A stretch of 60,782 bases of DNA, the filler included, from Sluysia triapertura (Eukaryota): NCBI GenBank assembly GCA_046118255.1. It is 5 parts of 5 records of this genome, joined end to end, with 100 filler letters (N's around TTAATTAATTAA, not from the genome) between each part and the next. Parts side by side here need not be neighbours in the genome. Positions count along the whole stretch, not along the records: positions 11,924 to 24,670 come from JBJNIA010084254.1; positions 24,771 to 35,693 come from JBJNIA010191473.1; 3 more parts are not named here. One strand, written 5' to 3'. Position 1 is the first letter of the stretch; every line of letters starts with the position of its first letter. The notes under the pieces were generated by a model. That model saw nothing but the letters and a program-made list of their open reading frames with translations. It made no database searches and was not told the origin of the DNA. The translations under genes were made by a program, and so were the position numbers. Below are positions 11,824 through 25,849 of the stretch, in pieces.

Positions 11824-11923
11824 NNNNNNNNNNNNNNNNNNNNNNNNNNNNNNNNNNNNNNNNNNNNTTAATTAATTAANNNNNNNNNNNNNNNNNNNNN
11901 NNNNNNNNNNNNNNNNNNNNNNN
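11824..11923. other. Assembly gap with artificial TTAATTAATTAA linker
   Basis: 44 N + TTAATTAATTAA + 44 N; identical structure at four places. Confidence 0.97.

Positions 11924-11988
<65 letters not shown>
11924..11988. repeat. (AAT)n microsatellite
   Basis: Perfect trinucleotide run at a contig edge. Confidence 0.95.
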
Positions 11989-11989
<1 letters not shown>

Positions 11990-13312
11990 TAATTTTAATA
12001 ATAGCATAAAATGTGCGGAAACACAAAGATCAAATGAATATATTTATGGAAAATATTTAAATATTTAATTTAATTTTTTATATTTATTTTAAAAATTAAT
12101 TGATAAATTGAAATATTTGCATTATGAATCATTAGAATTAGTATTAAGTGAAAAATAAAATGATTTATTTAATTAAATAATACCAATATTTACACGAAGT
12201 GCTTCAGCTCACTAAAACTATAAAAGTATACTTGAATCGCCTTAGTTACACAATAATAAGATTAACAGTAACAAAGAGATCTCAATTCTCTACTCACACA
12301 ATCAAGTTGTCCAGCGTAATTAATTTGTTTTGGTCAATACATTCTACTAATCATCAGTGGATTTTAGTCGATATTCTAATGACTATTAACTGTGAAACTG
12401 ATCCGATTTTATCATGCTTATATTAAACAGTAACTTTATTTGTTAGGTAAACTATAGCATTTTTGCACCTGGTTTAAATTTAGGTTTAAGTATCATATGT
12501 AATATATCAATTTAATACATTTAATTTCTTTTTATAAATTAACTTTGTGTTTTGTTTGATTTTGTGTATATTTTCATTTGAATAACAAATTTTAAAGAAT
12601 TTTTGTGTTTGTTTTTTGTAAAGATTTTTCATAAAGAATTTATGAATCCAAAGAGATTACAAATTTATAATTAGACACGAACTATTTGAGTGATATTAAG
12701 ATAAATAAGAAAGAATTCGTAACAGTAATTACTAAAGAATTAAATTGACATGCAGGCACTACTAATGTACTTTAAAAATCCCACATGTATCCCACCTGTA
12801 GGCGAACTCATATCCGACTTATTTTGTAATATAAGTTTAACAAAGTAGCAAAAATATTGCAAGTGTAATCATACAATTGAAAACGTGGTATTTCTTCATA
12901 ATTTCAAACTTAAGTGCCTAGATATAGGAATTTTTACAAAAAAAGAATACTATTCAGGGCATACACAGGAAAGCAAAAATTTTAATGTTTGCACAGCAAT
13001 TTCGTTTTTATTTCTTCTCACTTACTTTGTTACAAGGAAGTAAAAATAGATGTAATTGTTTCCCGGGATATGAATTTTTATTTGCGAGCGACAACTTTGA
13101 TATCCGTGGTATAAATAGTATAAATAGTATAAAATTTTCAAAAGAGAAAGAAACTATCAGAATAAGCAAATACAGACAATGATAACATTTTCTGACAAAT
13201 AATCAATATTTGATTCGCAGAATTGTATCATTTAAATTTGTTTTCATTCGTCTGTATTGCAGTAAAATATTAGTAATAATCGAATTGAAATATAATTATA
13301 ATTAATTCTTAC

Positions 13313-14263
13313 TTGCATTGGATCCTAAAATACTTCTGCCTGCATATGTTGGTCGTGAGTTGTATAACTTCTTAACCCCATTATTAGAAGATACTGATCC
13401 TGCAATATTAGTATTTGTAGTAGCTACAGCACCTCCAGAACTTGATTGTCGTGCCGGTCCAGTTATTAATTTGCTGGATCCAGATTCAACTCGATTAGTT
13501 GTGTTCATTACTCGATGACTAGTTCCAATTCCCCCATCTTCTGCCGCAACTATAGTACTAGATGTAGATTTAGTGCTACTCGAGATCCGAGTTTCTAGTG
13601 CGCGACACAAACCAGGACCACGAGCACCACAGTCACAAAAGAAGCTTCCTTTTTTACTGTAAGCCAAGTCATGTCCAAAATGACAAACACGAGCACATAT
13701 ACTACACACACCTTCATTTTCAATCATGCTGCATGTGAAACAGTGATACCAGTGTTGTTCCACAAATTCTTTTTGAGTTGCACCAAAAGTGCATAATAAT
13801 TCATCAAGTGGGTTCGAACTTGTCTGAAAAAGTTTAGAGATAAATTAGCTAGTCACAATAAATTGAAAATAACCTGCATCGACAATGGTAATCTGTCATC
13901 AGAACCGCCATTATCCAAGTTGAGTAAAATAGGACCAGCCTGTCTCAGCATTTTGATCGTATTAGAATCAGTGCAGCTACCTTTACGAGATTCAGAACCT
14001 TGAATAGATGACCCCGTAAACAAAATAGATTCTATATGTGCCTTATTTAAATTGATATGTTTGAACCCTTGATCGTTCAAGTATAGATGTGCTCCAATTT
14101 CACGAGGCATGCATGCACTGATACAACTAATTTTATGATTATGAGCTGCATTGGTTAGTGCAACTGAGCTTTCTACTTCATCTACCGTGTATAATGAATT
14201 GAGAGCACAAAGAACTGCCGAAATGTGCTTGTATAAAATTGACAATGTATCCAGCAAAATAGT
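13313..14263 (-). CDS. UBR4: E3 ubiquitin ligase UBR4/p600 fragment: two exons including the UBR-box zinc finger (exons 13874-14263 and 13313-13823; 50-nt GT-AG intron 13824-13873)
   Basis: Spliced frame ...LPLSMQ/TSSNPLDELLCTFGATQKEFVEQHWYHCFTCSMIENEGVCSICARVCHFGHDLAYSKKGSFFCDCGARG matches the UBR4-type UBR box (LCTF..TQKEF..QHWYHC.TC...GVC..CA.VCH..H...Y.K.GSFFCDCGA). About 300 open codons, acceptor CAG at 14264-14266, donor GTAAG at 13312. No other UBR4 exons recognised. Confidence 0.88.
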
Positions 14264-16697
14264 CTGAATAAAGTTTTAAATTCTTTAATGCTGTAAAAAT
14301 TCTTTCAAGTTTAAATTTTAAACTAGAAATTTTTTATGAAAATTATTAAACAAATATATCATTAATGCATTATAAAACGAATTAATTTATGACAGGAAGT
14401 ATTTCGATTTATGTACATTTTATATGATTAATGTAGGATTCACTCATTCTGATTTCGATAAACATATTTCATTATGAATTCTGTTAATTATGAATTCTAC
14501 AAATAAACTAAATAAACACATTGATCGATATAGCTCATTTTATTCATTTATTTTTGTTTCGAAAATTCAGTGTGGAAAATGGCTCACTACACAACTTATA
14601 ATTTTATTATTGTTCAAAACATAAAAGCAATCTTAAACATATCAAAATTCTTCCAACTTCTCACTCTACATCTTCCCTAACATTTAGACAGCATTTCTGT
14701 TACATCCTAAATACATCCACCTTAAACTTGATTCATCAATCATCTTTCCATTCGTATTAGAACTCTAACAATCAGAACTTTAGAAGTTTTAGGTATATTA
14801 GTCTCATTTTAATTTATTTCAATTTAGTTAAGTCTTTGCAATATGTAATTTGCAAAATATAAATAGCTATACTAAACCCCGAAATAACACAGTCATTGTT
14901 TTCTTCCATGTCATACCAGTTATTATTAGCCAATTAAATTTCAGAATGTTTAAGACTTGTTTATTGTGTTATTCATTGGTTTGGCACATTAAGTAAACAA
15001 ATAAATATATTTTATTTTAATGTTTGTGCTTTGCAGCTCAGTAAGAAATTTCAATATATATTTAAAAAAGAATTTTGAAATGCAACATGAAAAAATATCC
15101 CCTCAAATGCCTATTTTCAATGAGTAATAACGAAACGAACGTGGAAGTAATCCAACTGAGACGAAAGAAAAATAAGAAGATCCTATGAATGATTTATTAA
15201 CTAAAAGAGTTATTAAAATTCTTCGGAGACACTATCAGTAACACAGTCATAGGATATACATGTTCTAACAATTCAAATAAATTAACCAAAGAAATCGAAG
15301 TTAACCTTATCGCAGAAAAACTATTGGAATAGCGGTTTCAAAGTTCTACTCCCATCACATTAAAATTTCAAATGCTATGAAACGATCAATCATGTAAGGA
15401 GATATGAGCATCAAAATTTATTATGATGTTTTACAAATTTAGAAAATCATTCTTGTCTAAATCTATTTTTTGTACATTCGAACTGAAATTTCGTTAAATA
15501 TCGAATGTGATTGGAAAATAAAATAAAATTCGTTGATTATCCTTACGTGATTCGAGATAGTAGATATATATATGCTGCTCGGTTTGTGTGGATTGATTGT
15601 AAATATAGCAATAAAGACTTGGATCCGGTGAGTTATGAAACAGCAGAAATTCCGTTAGAGATCCATTGCAAAGTTTATATTTGCCGATTACACAGAAATT
15701 AAAGGAGCATATTATATAAAAGCCGTAAAAAGATGTTATTTTATGTGATTATTTTTTGGCATTTTCAAATATTAAGAATGTTTTAAAAATTTAAAGAATT
15801 CTTTTAAGATTATAATTTTATAATGTGTTATGGTATCAATGTAAATTTTATCTAATTTTGAATTTTTGCATTTATAATGATTATGCTATGAAATTTTAAA
15901 AAACTCTTATATAATTAAGGCCTCTGAGTCGTTACGAAAAAGAATGCTTCGTTTCAAGATTTCTCTTCATCTGGAAGATTTCTCTAAAAATTTTAAAATG
16001 ATCAATGTCAAAATGCTGCTTTTAAACCCGAACTTCTCGAGTCTTTTGCTGAGTACACGAAGAGCAGATCAATCAATTCAGAGAAATACTAATTCAACCT
16101 TCGAAAATGTCTGATGTTTGATCAATAAAGAAAACTCCAGAAACAATCTTATAATGTCACTTTATAAGTATGAGATAAATCGAGTTCTCAAACAACATGA
16201 ATTCAGATAGATTCAGAATCGAACTTGAATATAAACCTACGGATAAAACCAATAAATTTAAAAATGAATAGATTGTTTCGTAAAAATCTCTCGACATCAA
16301 AAGAAGATAGCAAAGGCAAACGAACTCTAATCTTATACGATAAAGCTCACAAAATAATCTCAGATCTATTTCAATTTAAACATCTGTTAATTATCATTTT
16401 AAATTCAAATTCAAAAATCGTCTCTATATTCTTGCTCAACTCGACATGACTAAGTATTTTAAAGTCATCTGTATTAATCCATTTATAATTTCAATGTTAA
16501 ATTTGTTTTGCATAATAAGTTTTGTTGACATTGATAACTGTAATCAATGTGTTTTCGAACAGCGTCCGTAGATATTGGTTGCGGTACCAGAAGAGAAAGT
16601 GATGTATGTTCTTGAAGAAATTAATTATAAGTTTCATAAGAGTCTAAAGTTTTGTACATGTCTAAAATATACTACTGTTTTATGTTATGCGTTTTAA

Positions 16698-16964
16698 CAC
16701 GTTCATTCTCGTCATTCATGTCTTTCTTGTCATTCATGCTATGACATGACAGCTATAACCGCTAAAAATTTATTTAATTTTAAATGCCCAACGGCAATAG
16801 CCGTCGTCTGTTTGCTTTAATTCTTCATACATAGAGAGCATAAAGTCAATTTATCATATCAAAAGTTTGTACAAACCTGCAAAAACCTTACTTTGTTATC
16901 GTAGCATTTTATGCGATCAATGTATCACATCATGAACCCAACTTTTTTTATGTCCGTGAACGTG
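16698..16964. mobile_element. piggyBac-type MITE (267 bp)
   Basis: TTAA at 16694-16697 and 16965-16968; terminal inverted repeat CACGTTCA/TGAACGTG. Confidence 0.7.
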
Positions 16965-17242
16965 TTAATATATACATAGATGAATTAAATAATGAACTAG
17001 ATTACAAAATAAATCACAACCTTTTGAATTTTGTTATAATTTAACTAATAACATAAATGATGATTGAATTTATGAACTAATAATAATTTAACATCTTATA
17101 AACGTCCTCAAGGACCTTTCTATTCCTGTGATTATAATCACAGTTATAAAATTCATAAATTCATAATACCAAGTTATGCAACACTCTTACAAACAAAATC
17201 GTACTTTAAATACGAACTGCATGTGCTTTTATGTTTATTTAA

Positions 17243-17633
17243 CCCTTTAACCCTTTAAGAGATTATATGAAATATATGTGAGAAAAGCCATTAAAAAGCT
17301 AGCGCCACTTGCGTTAGCGTTAATTTCAAAATTAATAAAAAAATGTATAATTTTTCATGAATTTTCAATAAAATAGCATATAGTATGGAATGTTCTAAAG
17401 CAATCTACCATCTCCTAACAAAAGTAATAACTTTAGACTTTATAACATTTTCACTTATTTTATTTGATTCAAATATTTTTCTCACAAAATGGTGGTATAT
17501 TATTGAAATAACTATTATGCAAAACATTGTTCTTATTTAATCCTCTAAAACAATATGTAACATGATCTGCTTAAGCCTGAGAAACTTGCACAAATACGAG
17601 TGGGACCATTTGGTCCCAGCGGCGGCGAAAGGG
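17243..17633. mobile_element. piggyBac-type non-autonomous element
   Basis: TTAA-CCCTTT left end (duplicated TTAACCCTTTAACCCTTT) and AAAGGG-TTAA right end, with subterminal palindrome GGGACCATTTGGTCCC. TIR match limited to 6 bp. Confidence 0.6.
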
Positions 17634-20129
17634 TTAATTATTTATTTTAATTCAATTTATTTTAATTCAATTTATTTTAAACTTTTATAAGTAAATAAAA
17701 TTTTAATTTGTAAAAATTATAAGAATTTGAATGTACTTAAATGAACTCTTGATTACCTGTCTCCGCTTTATAAACAGTGATTATTAATGTGTGCTTTAAA
17801 ACTGTGAAGTTTTATCTTGGCAATGTAAATCAAAATTAGAAAGGCTAAATTATTAATGCTGCTGTAAACTTCTTTAATAATATCTGTAATCCGGTTATAG
17901 TAAACGTCTTAATTCTACAGCCTTAAAACTACCAGTCAAATATAATACTTTATAAAATACTTAAGGATCTTTATACAATAATACTTTACAAGTACTATTT
18001 TAATTCAAAAACTCAACAACTTTATTATCTAAAAATTCCATAATTTACTTATATTGTGAAACTTATTATTAAAAGTATTAAAAGTAAACTATTTTAGCCT
18101 TTATTTTTTATTATTAAAATTTAATTTACCTTTATTTTACCTCCGAAGTATCGGGAAACCTTATAATAATAAACTTCTTTAATAATATCTGTACTCTATA
18201 TTAATATATTAATTTTACTTTAACTGAATGTGTGAATTCAAATACTCGTTTCAGTTGTTCGAAATGGAAGTGCTTAACAAAATTCTTATCACTCTAAATT
18301 TTATTTATGTGAATTCTTATATGAGCTTTAATATTATTTGTAAAAAACTTTATTTTATTCTTCAAAGCAAAATTTGTCTAATTCACGAAACAAAATTCAA
18401 TTCAATTTTGAACACCTTTAAAAACGTTTTAACTTTGACTTTATAATATTTATCTCTACAACTCTGTTTTCAATCCCCCCGAATCACAGTCTTTATTTAT
18501 GATAATTAAATTACAAAATGAAATAATACAGTAATATAATAATACGTTGTCTGCTACGAATAATTTTATTTAACAAAATAAAATCCAATGAAACATTATC
18601 GAATACGAACAAGATAGTATTTTATAACGTTTATTTAAATCTATAATTAAAAATATTAAAATCTTAATTAAATTAGATTAAAAGAAAATTTCTTACTTTT
18701 CTAATAAATTATAAAAATGTGTATTTTATAATCAGTTTCTAGATTCGATTCAAGTTTTTTTTTATCTAAGATTCACGAGTTATCTAAAGTCCAACTGATG
18801 ATTCTGCCAAATAATCAACGATTTAACGAATTTAAAATTTGTAGCGACCTTTATTTACTATTATTATTTACCATGATTGTTGAATATTTATACTATTTTC
18901 TTATTATTAATTTTCTCTTTAATAATTTCTAGATATTATTGCAGTAATAATTTCCAATATTAATTTTTTAGCATTATATTATTGATAAATAATCTCTAAT
19001 CTCAATACTAAATCATGAAGAATAATTTTCTTTAGTCTGAAATTTTAATAGTAGTAATTAATATTAATAATACATTAGATTTCAATAATTTTTATCGATC
19101 ATAATGTATAATACTGCTATTCATTCTGCCTAATCACAATTTAAAATAATTTTGATCGAATATAATGTTTAATGAATTTTAGTTACATACTGATTCTAAT
19201 TTAATATGATTTTATTTTATCATAATATTCTAAATTCTCCTTTTACGTTAATTTTGATTGGATATTATGCCCTTAAAATTTCATTTCATATTATTTTTAT
19301 TAATTCTTATTTTAAAATGATTTTATTGATTGTAATAGTAAGGTTTAATATTTGTTAATTTATACAATCTCACTTTAAAATGATTATTTATACAATTTCA
19401 ATTTGAAATTATTGATTGTTATTTGTTACTAAATTTTGAATTTATATTATTTCTATGTTATCTCACTTTAATTTAATATAAAGCATTATAATTTTATAAT
19501 TTTAAAATGATTTTAGAGTTAAAATGAACATTATACTTTACAAATTCTTAACTTTAAAACTATTCCAATTCCACTCCATAATCAATAAATTTCAGTTGAT
19601 AAAATTATCTCAAAACTTTATCTAAGATTATCTCGATTTAATTAATTTAATTAATAATTAATTAATTAAGTTTTTATTTATAACCAATAAGAACATTTTA
19701 AACTATTTATTATTAAAATTATAATTATATTACACTTTAGTTCGTATTATATTAATAATTTCACCTTGAATTGTTTTTCAATTCATTAATATTAATTAAA
19801 ATATCTTGTTGCGATTAAAAAGTAAAAATTTCAATAATTTAAAAAAATTATGTATACTTTTTTCACCATTAAAAGTACAAAAAAATTATATACATTTGTT
19901 ATTGATGTATTTCTTATTTTTCATTAATTTTTAAACACTTTTTTAATTAATTGAAAGTATAAGATTATAAAATTATTTAAATCAATAAAATTAATAAAGT
20001 CAATAATTTCAATAATCTTAAAATAAAAATCTAAAAATAACTTAGTAATATAGAAGAAATAAAGTAAAAAAAATTGAACCATTTTTCAAAATTTGAAATT
20101 TTTTGCGAGCCTCAATTAAATACGTCTTA

Positions 20130-20375
20130 AAAAAGTATGCACAAAATGTATTAAAAGATCTTTTTCGATGAGTCATAATATAATTCTTAACTTGGACGGA
20201 AATGAAATTTGTTACAACCTGTTGCACTTAGTCTTTCATATTTGTCAGTAATTTTAAAGACATTTTGAAACACATACGGAAAAATATTAATTTTTTAAAA
20301 TGTAACACAAAAATGAAAAGGGAACTCGGGTACAAATAATCCTTCAAAGAGCCGCGGTTTGGCCATACAGGGAGC
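20130..20375 (+). mobile_element. hAT (Charlie/Buster/SPIN-like) deletion derivative
   Basis: Translation LDGNEIC...F*RHFETH resembles the BED-finger C..C...N.KRHFETKH. 3' end GAGCCGCGGTTTGGCCA resembles a hAT-Charlie right terminus. Confidence 0.45.
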
Positions 20376-22095
20376 ATGAGAAAATCAATAATTTTATTAG
20401 AATGGAAATTCCGTGGTTTTCTTATGCCTTAACATACGGCACAATAAATTTTAGTAGGGTCTGGTTACGGTAACAGCTTAATCAACAATATTCTGGATTT
20501 AGTTATTCTTATTATTTATTTAATGATTCTTCACAAAAATCAAAATAAATCAACAAAGACAAATTCAATAAGTTTTTTAGCAACCAATAAATGTTGAAAT
20601 GATTATTTATAAATACTTTACAAGCCTTTTTAAAATTTTAATGATAAATTTTTTCTCACATTAAATTGAGCTTAAAAGTTTAGTTTAAATAGTTTAAATA
20701 GTAGAATCAATCTTAGAATAAGAAACTTACAAAGAATGCAATGAATATTTTCCTATGTGATCTTCAGAAACGAGGTATCTATATTTAGATCTAGGATGAG
20801 CTGAAGGAAAATTATACTGCTAAATAAATACGAAAAGTCAAAACATTAATTGAGAAAAAATGGTTAAACTTAGAAAATAATTTCAAATTAAAATGTTAAA
20901 AGGTGTTTTTTGACACGTTTGGTAGAAATAGTGTTAAAAAACCTCTCTCAAAAATTTAATTCTAAAACTAAAAATCCAATTCGTTAAAAATGATTGCATA
21001 AAAATTTTTAAAACAATAAAATTTTTAGAAATAATTTAATTGTGTCTTTGTATGGAATGGATGCCTGTATATGTACTATTCATGAGCCAATCAAAATCAC
21101 TTGAACGTATCAAGAATTCTAAAATGTTCGATTTGTTTCTTTATTTTCTTTAACTCTTTCTAGTAGATTTCTTTACAACATCAAATAATTTTGTAATGGC
21201 AATCTACCAGAAATTAATATTAACAAGCGTTTATCGAGAATTTAAAGGTATATTATATATAGATGAAATTAGCCATATATTAGAATAAACTAAAAATTAA
21301 TTATCATAATATAATAATGAAATATACTAAAAGTGATCCAAAAAAGATAATTGTAGAAAATTTTTTTTCGCTATTTAGGCTTTAAATGTATAATAAGTAA
21401 TACTTTGATTCTTCAACCTTCAAGTCTTTCTAAATTAATCAATATGCTTTTCTTTGTTATCAGTTTTATCAATGAAAGAAACCAACAAAAAAAAACTAAA
21501 ATAAATTTCCATGGCAATTTTCTAACGCAATTTAAAATCAATATGACAGAAGCAACAAATATAAAAAATAAAATGACGTTTAAAAATTTTACTACAATTT
21601 TTTTCTAGTTTTTCTCATTGTTATTTTCTGTCTTTGTTACTTCCGTTAACTTTTTCACCGTTAAAAACGTTCTAAATTCATTAAAATATGAAAACAATTT
21701 TGAATTTTTATCTCCTACTTTAATTGTACTTTTATTTCCTATTTACTACTTTTATTTTATTTTATAACATTTAATTTAATAAATATAAATATTAAATGTG
21801 TGATTCCAGAAATGATAAATAAATATTTTCGATAATCGATAATTATAATAAATTTAATTATAACAGAAAATGTAAAAAAAAACAATAATTATCAAAGAAT
21901 GAAAATCAAATAACAATTTAAAAACATACAATACTTGAATAAAAGAACATTTGTATTGTTTCTATACCATTTTATAATATGACTTTTAATTTTATTTATA
22001 AACAAATTAATTTACATTACTAAAACAATTATATTATAATAGGCATGAATAAGTATACATCAAAACTTAAGTTTAGTATTGAAAAATCATATATA

Positions 22096-22557
22096 AAGGG
22101 TGTCCAAAAAGTAACCGAACCGCAAACTTAAATTATATATCAAAAACGACAAATGTAATTTTTTCTTTTATGTCATTTTATGTTATCTTTGCTACTATTC
22201 ATTTTCTTCTACGAATAATAGTCTTTGGAATGACTTTTGTTTCAGGATCTTATTGATTTTGTTTTGACGTCATTGCTTGATTTATGTTCAGTGTGCACTT
22301 CTGGACTTTAGATTTAAACGAACGTATCTTCGTTATGAAGAATTAAGAGGCCTAGAACAATTGATCAACTAAAACAAAGTATTCCGCACGAATGGAAACA
22401 AATTTCAGAGGAAACTTGGCAGAAGTATGTCAAAAGATGGTGTGCTTATATTGAAGTCCGAGGTGGACATTTTGAACATTTGAAATACTAAATATACCTA
22501 TTAAATTTTTGTTGTTGATATCTAATTTTGCGGTTCTGTTACTTTTGGGACACCATA
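22096..22557 (+). mobile_element. Internally deleted Tc1/mariner-superfamily element
   Basis: TA flanks; imperfect TIRs of about 30 bp (AAGGGTGTCCAAAAAGTAACCGAACCGCAAA vs TTTGCGGTTCTGTTACTTTTGGGACACC). Internal transposase C-terminus KRWCAYIEVRGGHFEHLKY*. Confidence 0.85.
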
Positions 22558-23029
22558 TATATATGTGTGTGTGTGTGTGGTCATGTGTGTATACATATAT
22601 AACATTTTAAATCATATATTTCCAAAAAGAAAAGGAATGATAAATGTATACAAAACCAAAACTTTCTTCAAAGCAATCCATAATGCATATGTTTACAAGA
22701 ATAAATTTATATTTACTTATCTTAATTTAGTTTAAATGAATTATAATTATATAATATAAATATTATGCCAAATGTTGAAACATAATTTTAAGACAAAAAC
22801 AAAATGGTATTTCATAATGATTACTATTTAATTATTAAATTATTTTGTTTATTATATGTCAAGTGTTTCGAATTTTGTGCACAATAGATTACATTATTTT
22901 TCTATTATTTTTGCATTTTACATTTCAGCAAAAGTTTCAAATTTTAATTTATACAATGATTATAATTAAATTATAATCTTAAACAAAATTTATTGTTTTC
23001 TCAATAATTATTTTCGTATTCTCTGGTAT

Positions 23030-23400
23030 TGTTATTTCTCCTTGGATTAAAATTGTGTAATTATCTCTATATCAACGAGAGTTATCACTATTTCTTTTTT
23101 TAGTCAGGATTTTTCCATATCTACTAGAATCCATGTTTAGTTTCTTCTAAAATTGGAACGCAAGTCTTGTCCGATAGAAAATAATATTTATATAATTGAG
23201 AAATATAAACAAAACATCATCTTTAGCTAATGGTTGTCTGTTCATCATCAACGACGAAATTATCAACAATGAATTTTGCAATTATTCGCTGGCAGTTTTT
23301 TGCGGACACAGCACCGGTGCCAAGCACGTAGTTGACCTTCTCATTCCAATTTTCCACAAAAAATATGTCAGCTTTTTCAAGTCACTTCACTTAAAAACTC
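23030..23400 (-). mobile_element. mariner transposase N-terminal remnant
   Basis: EKVNYVLGTGAVSAKNCQRIIAKFIVDNFVVDDEQ matches the mariner HTH IN.V.G.GAVS.RTCQRWF.KF..GDF.L.DE. Confidence 0.7.
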
Positions 23401-24670
23401 CATCATCATATACCACAAAATAATATTTTTTAAAAGATTAATTATAAGATATAAATTAAACATTTAAAAAAGGATTTAATAATGCATTTAATAACTAAAC
23501 ATTGCTTCATAAAACATTGAAATTTTTTAGATATTTACAGACGATTGATGTTTTGTTTATATATTCAATTTACATATTGTCTTTATTAGTTAAATAAATA
23601 TTATTTTCTATCTGACAAGACTTTATTTCTAATCCTATATTTTAAATACAATGAGAAAAAGTTATTTCTTTTTCTAGGATTTTGTTTTCTAATATTCAAC
23701 AATTTAGCATAGCGTTAAAGTACTGAATATCTCTTGGAAATAAGATATAATGATTTATACAGAATCCACAGTGATAATAAACTAGATGATAGGTTGTATA
23801 CCGTTTATGTTTCAAAAATATACAACCAGCTATCAGAGAATGTCAAATTACTGGAATATTATAAAATATTTAAGAAAAAGGAAAAGTTCTTTTTGTTTCG
23901 AGATACCATGGTGAATGATTTATTTTATGCACTTTTGAGTACTTATTTTGCAGTAGATATGAACACACTATAAATTAATATTATTATTAGTGTTTTCTTA
24001 GGTAAAAGAATTCCAAGTTTGCTTATTTTTGTCATCTGTTTATTAAGTTTGGATTGTTACTCCAGTTAAATAATTTTGTACTCTTTTGATTCCACTCGTT
24101 AGCTTCAGTAACACCGTCATTGTGTCATATGTACAATGGTTTTGTGATAATTATTGAATTATTCCTTTAACCAATTAAACTTAACAAAACACGTCAGTGA
24201 AATGTAAAACTTATAACATATATTTTTATCAAATCAAATTAAAACTAAAATAAATTTTAGTGAACTTAAAACTTAACAGTAAATGATGCCATTAAAACTT
24301 ATATTCAAATATCAGAACCAAGTTCAAAATAAATAATATAATTCATTCAGAAATTGCCAAATTTAATATCAAATGTTAAATATCGAATCCGATATCAAAA
24401 TCAACTTAAAAAAGTCAAACCTAACCAAATTATCATTTCAAGATAAAAGAAGCTTAGTTATATTAAATAATAAAATCAAAAATCAAAATCGAACTTTAAA
24501 ATGAAATTAACTCGACGAGTTATAAACTTATATTCGCATTCAAATTCATCCAATAAACTTATCAATTAACCCCTGATTTGTTTGAACTCTCTATAACATA
24601 TTGAACGTATTTAATTTTACTGTAATATCATGATGAATACACATTTATTTTATAAACATAACCAAAATAT

Positions 24671-24770
24671 NNNNNNNNNNNNNNNNNNNNNNNNNNNNNN
24701 NNNNNNNNNNNNNNTTAATTAATTAANNNNNNNNNNNNNNNNNNNNNNNNNNNNNNNNNNNNNNNNNNNN
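24671..24770. other. Assembly gap with artificial linker
   Basis: 44 N + TTAATTAATTAA + 44 N. Confidence 0.97.
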
Positions 24771-25849
24771 ATATAATCTGTCTAACACCGTGATCGGGGA
24801 ACTTTTACCTTAATTACTCCAATATGATTTTAGTAATTTTGTCATTAACCCCGAAAATTTCACTTTTACCAATTTGGGTAATTTAACAATTTAAATATGT
24901 TGTATTTTTTAAATATGCTTAAATTTATTTCAAAATGTAAAGAAATACAAATCTGTGAGGTATTGAACAAACATTTGTGGTTGCAGTTAATCGAAGTTTT
25001 ACAATTTTAGATTAATAGTTAAAATTGCTGCGTTATTTATATTTTTTAATCATAAGTACAATTTTTGTCTATCCGCATGTACTACATATTGTCAATATGT
25101 TTTATAAGCATTTGAAATATTTACATGTTTAAAGTATAGAATTCATTCAAAATATTGGTAATTATTATAATGGATATTAAAAATTTAAATTATGATTTCC
25201 AGTTAAAATATTGAAGTGTTTTGTTAATCGAATGACTTAAATTTGAAAATATGTAGCGTGTGACATTTAATTTACTTTATTTTTTTGTTTATGTATGCAT
25301 GTACCTTACTAGTTACTACAATTTTATTGCACCCCTTTTTATGTAAATATCATATTGATTATTTTTTATTGATTGTATTGTAGAAATTTTTGTAGTCCAA
25401 AATTTTAATTTTAATGCATTTATTTTAGAAAATTATATAAAATTAGCTTAATATAAAACTTATATAACATTAGCATTACTTTTCTAAAGTAATGCAAAAC
25501 ATTATCGAAGATATAAAAGTAATGTTAAAGATGATGTTATGGGCAATACTTAACTTAATATTATATTTATCTTAAATTCAACTTTTTTCTCTGTTAAATT
25601 TTATCTAAATCCTCTTTTCAGCTATGATTCGTAATAATTCTCTATTTCTTTTATCGTGAGTACTGGTAACTTGTCTCTTGTTCGACAGAGATAGGTAGTA
25701 CAGTATTAAAGGTCTAGTTCAAAATCTTTCAAATTACCAAATGAAGTTTATTTTTATAATTAATCTATTTTAACTGATTTCAATGTTATGATACATTAAT
25801 TCATATATAATAATCAATAATAATAATAATTGTAGTAATCAATAAATAA

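Noticed and set aside
17865-18193. 24-bp direct repeat TAAACTTCTTTAATAATATCTGTA (17865-17888, 18170-18193) as a CRISPR-like or att site
   Set aside because: Only two copies 305 bp apart in a eukaryotic repeat region; no array and no recombinase.
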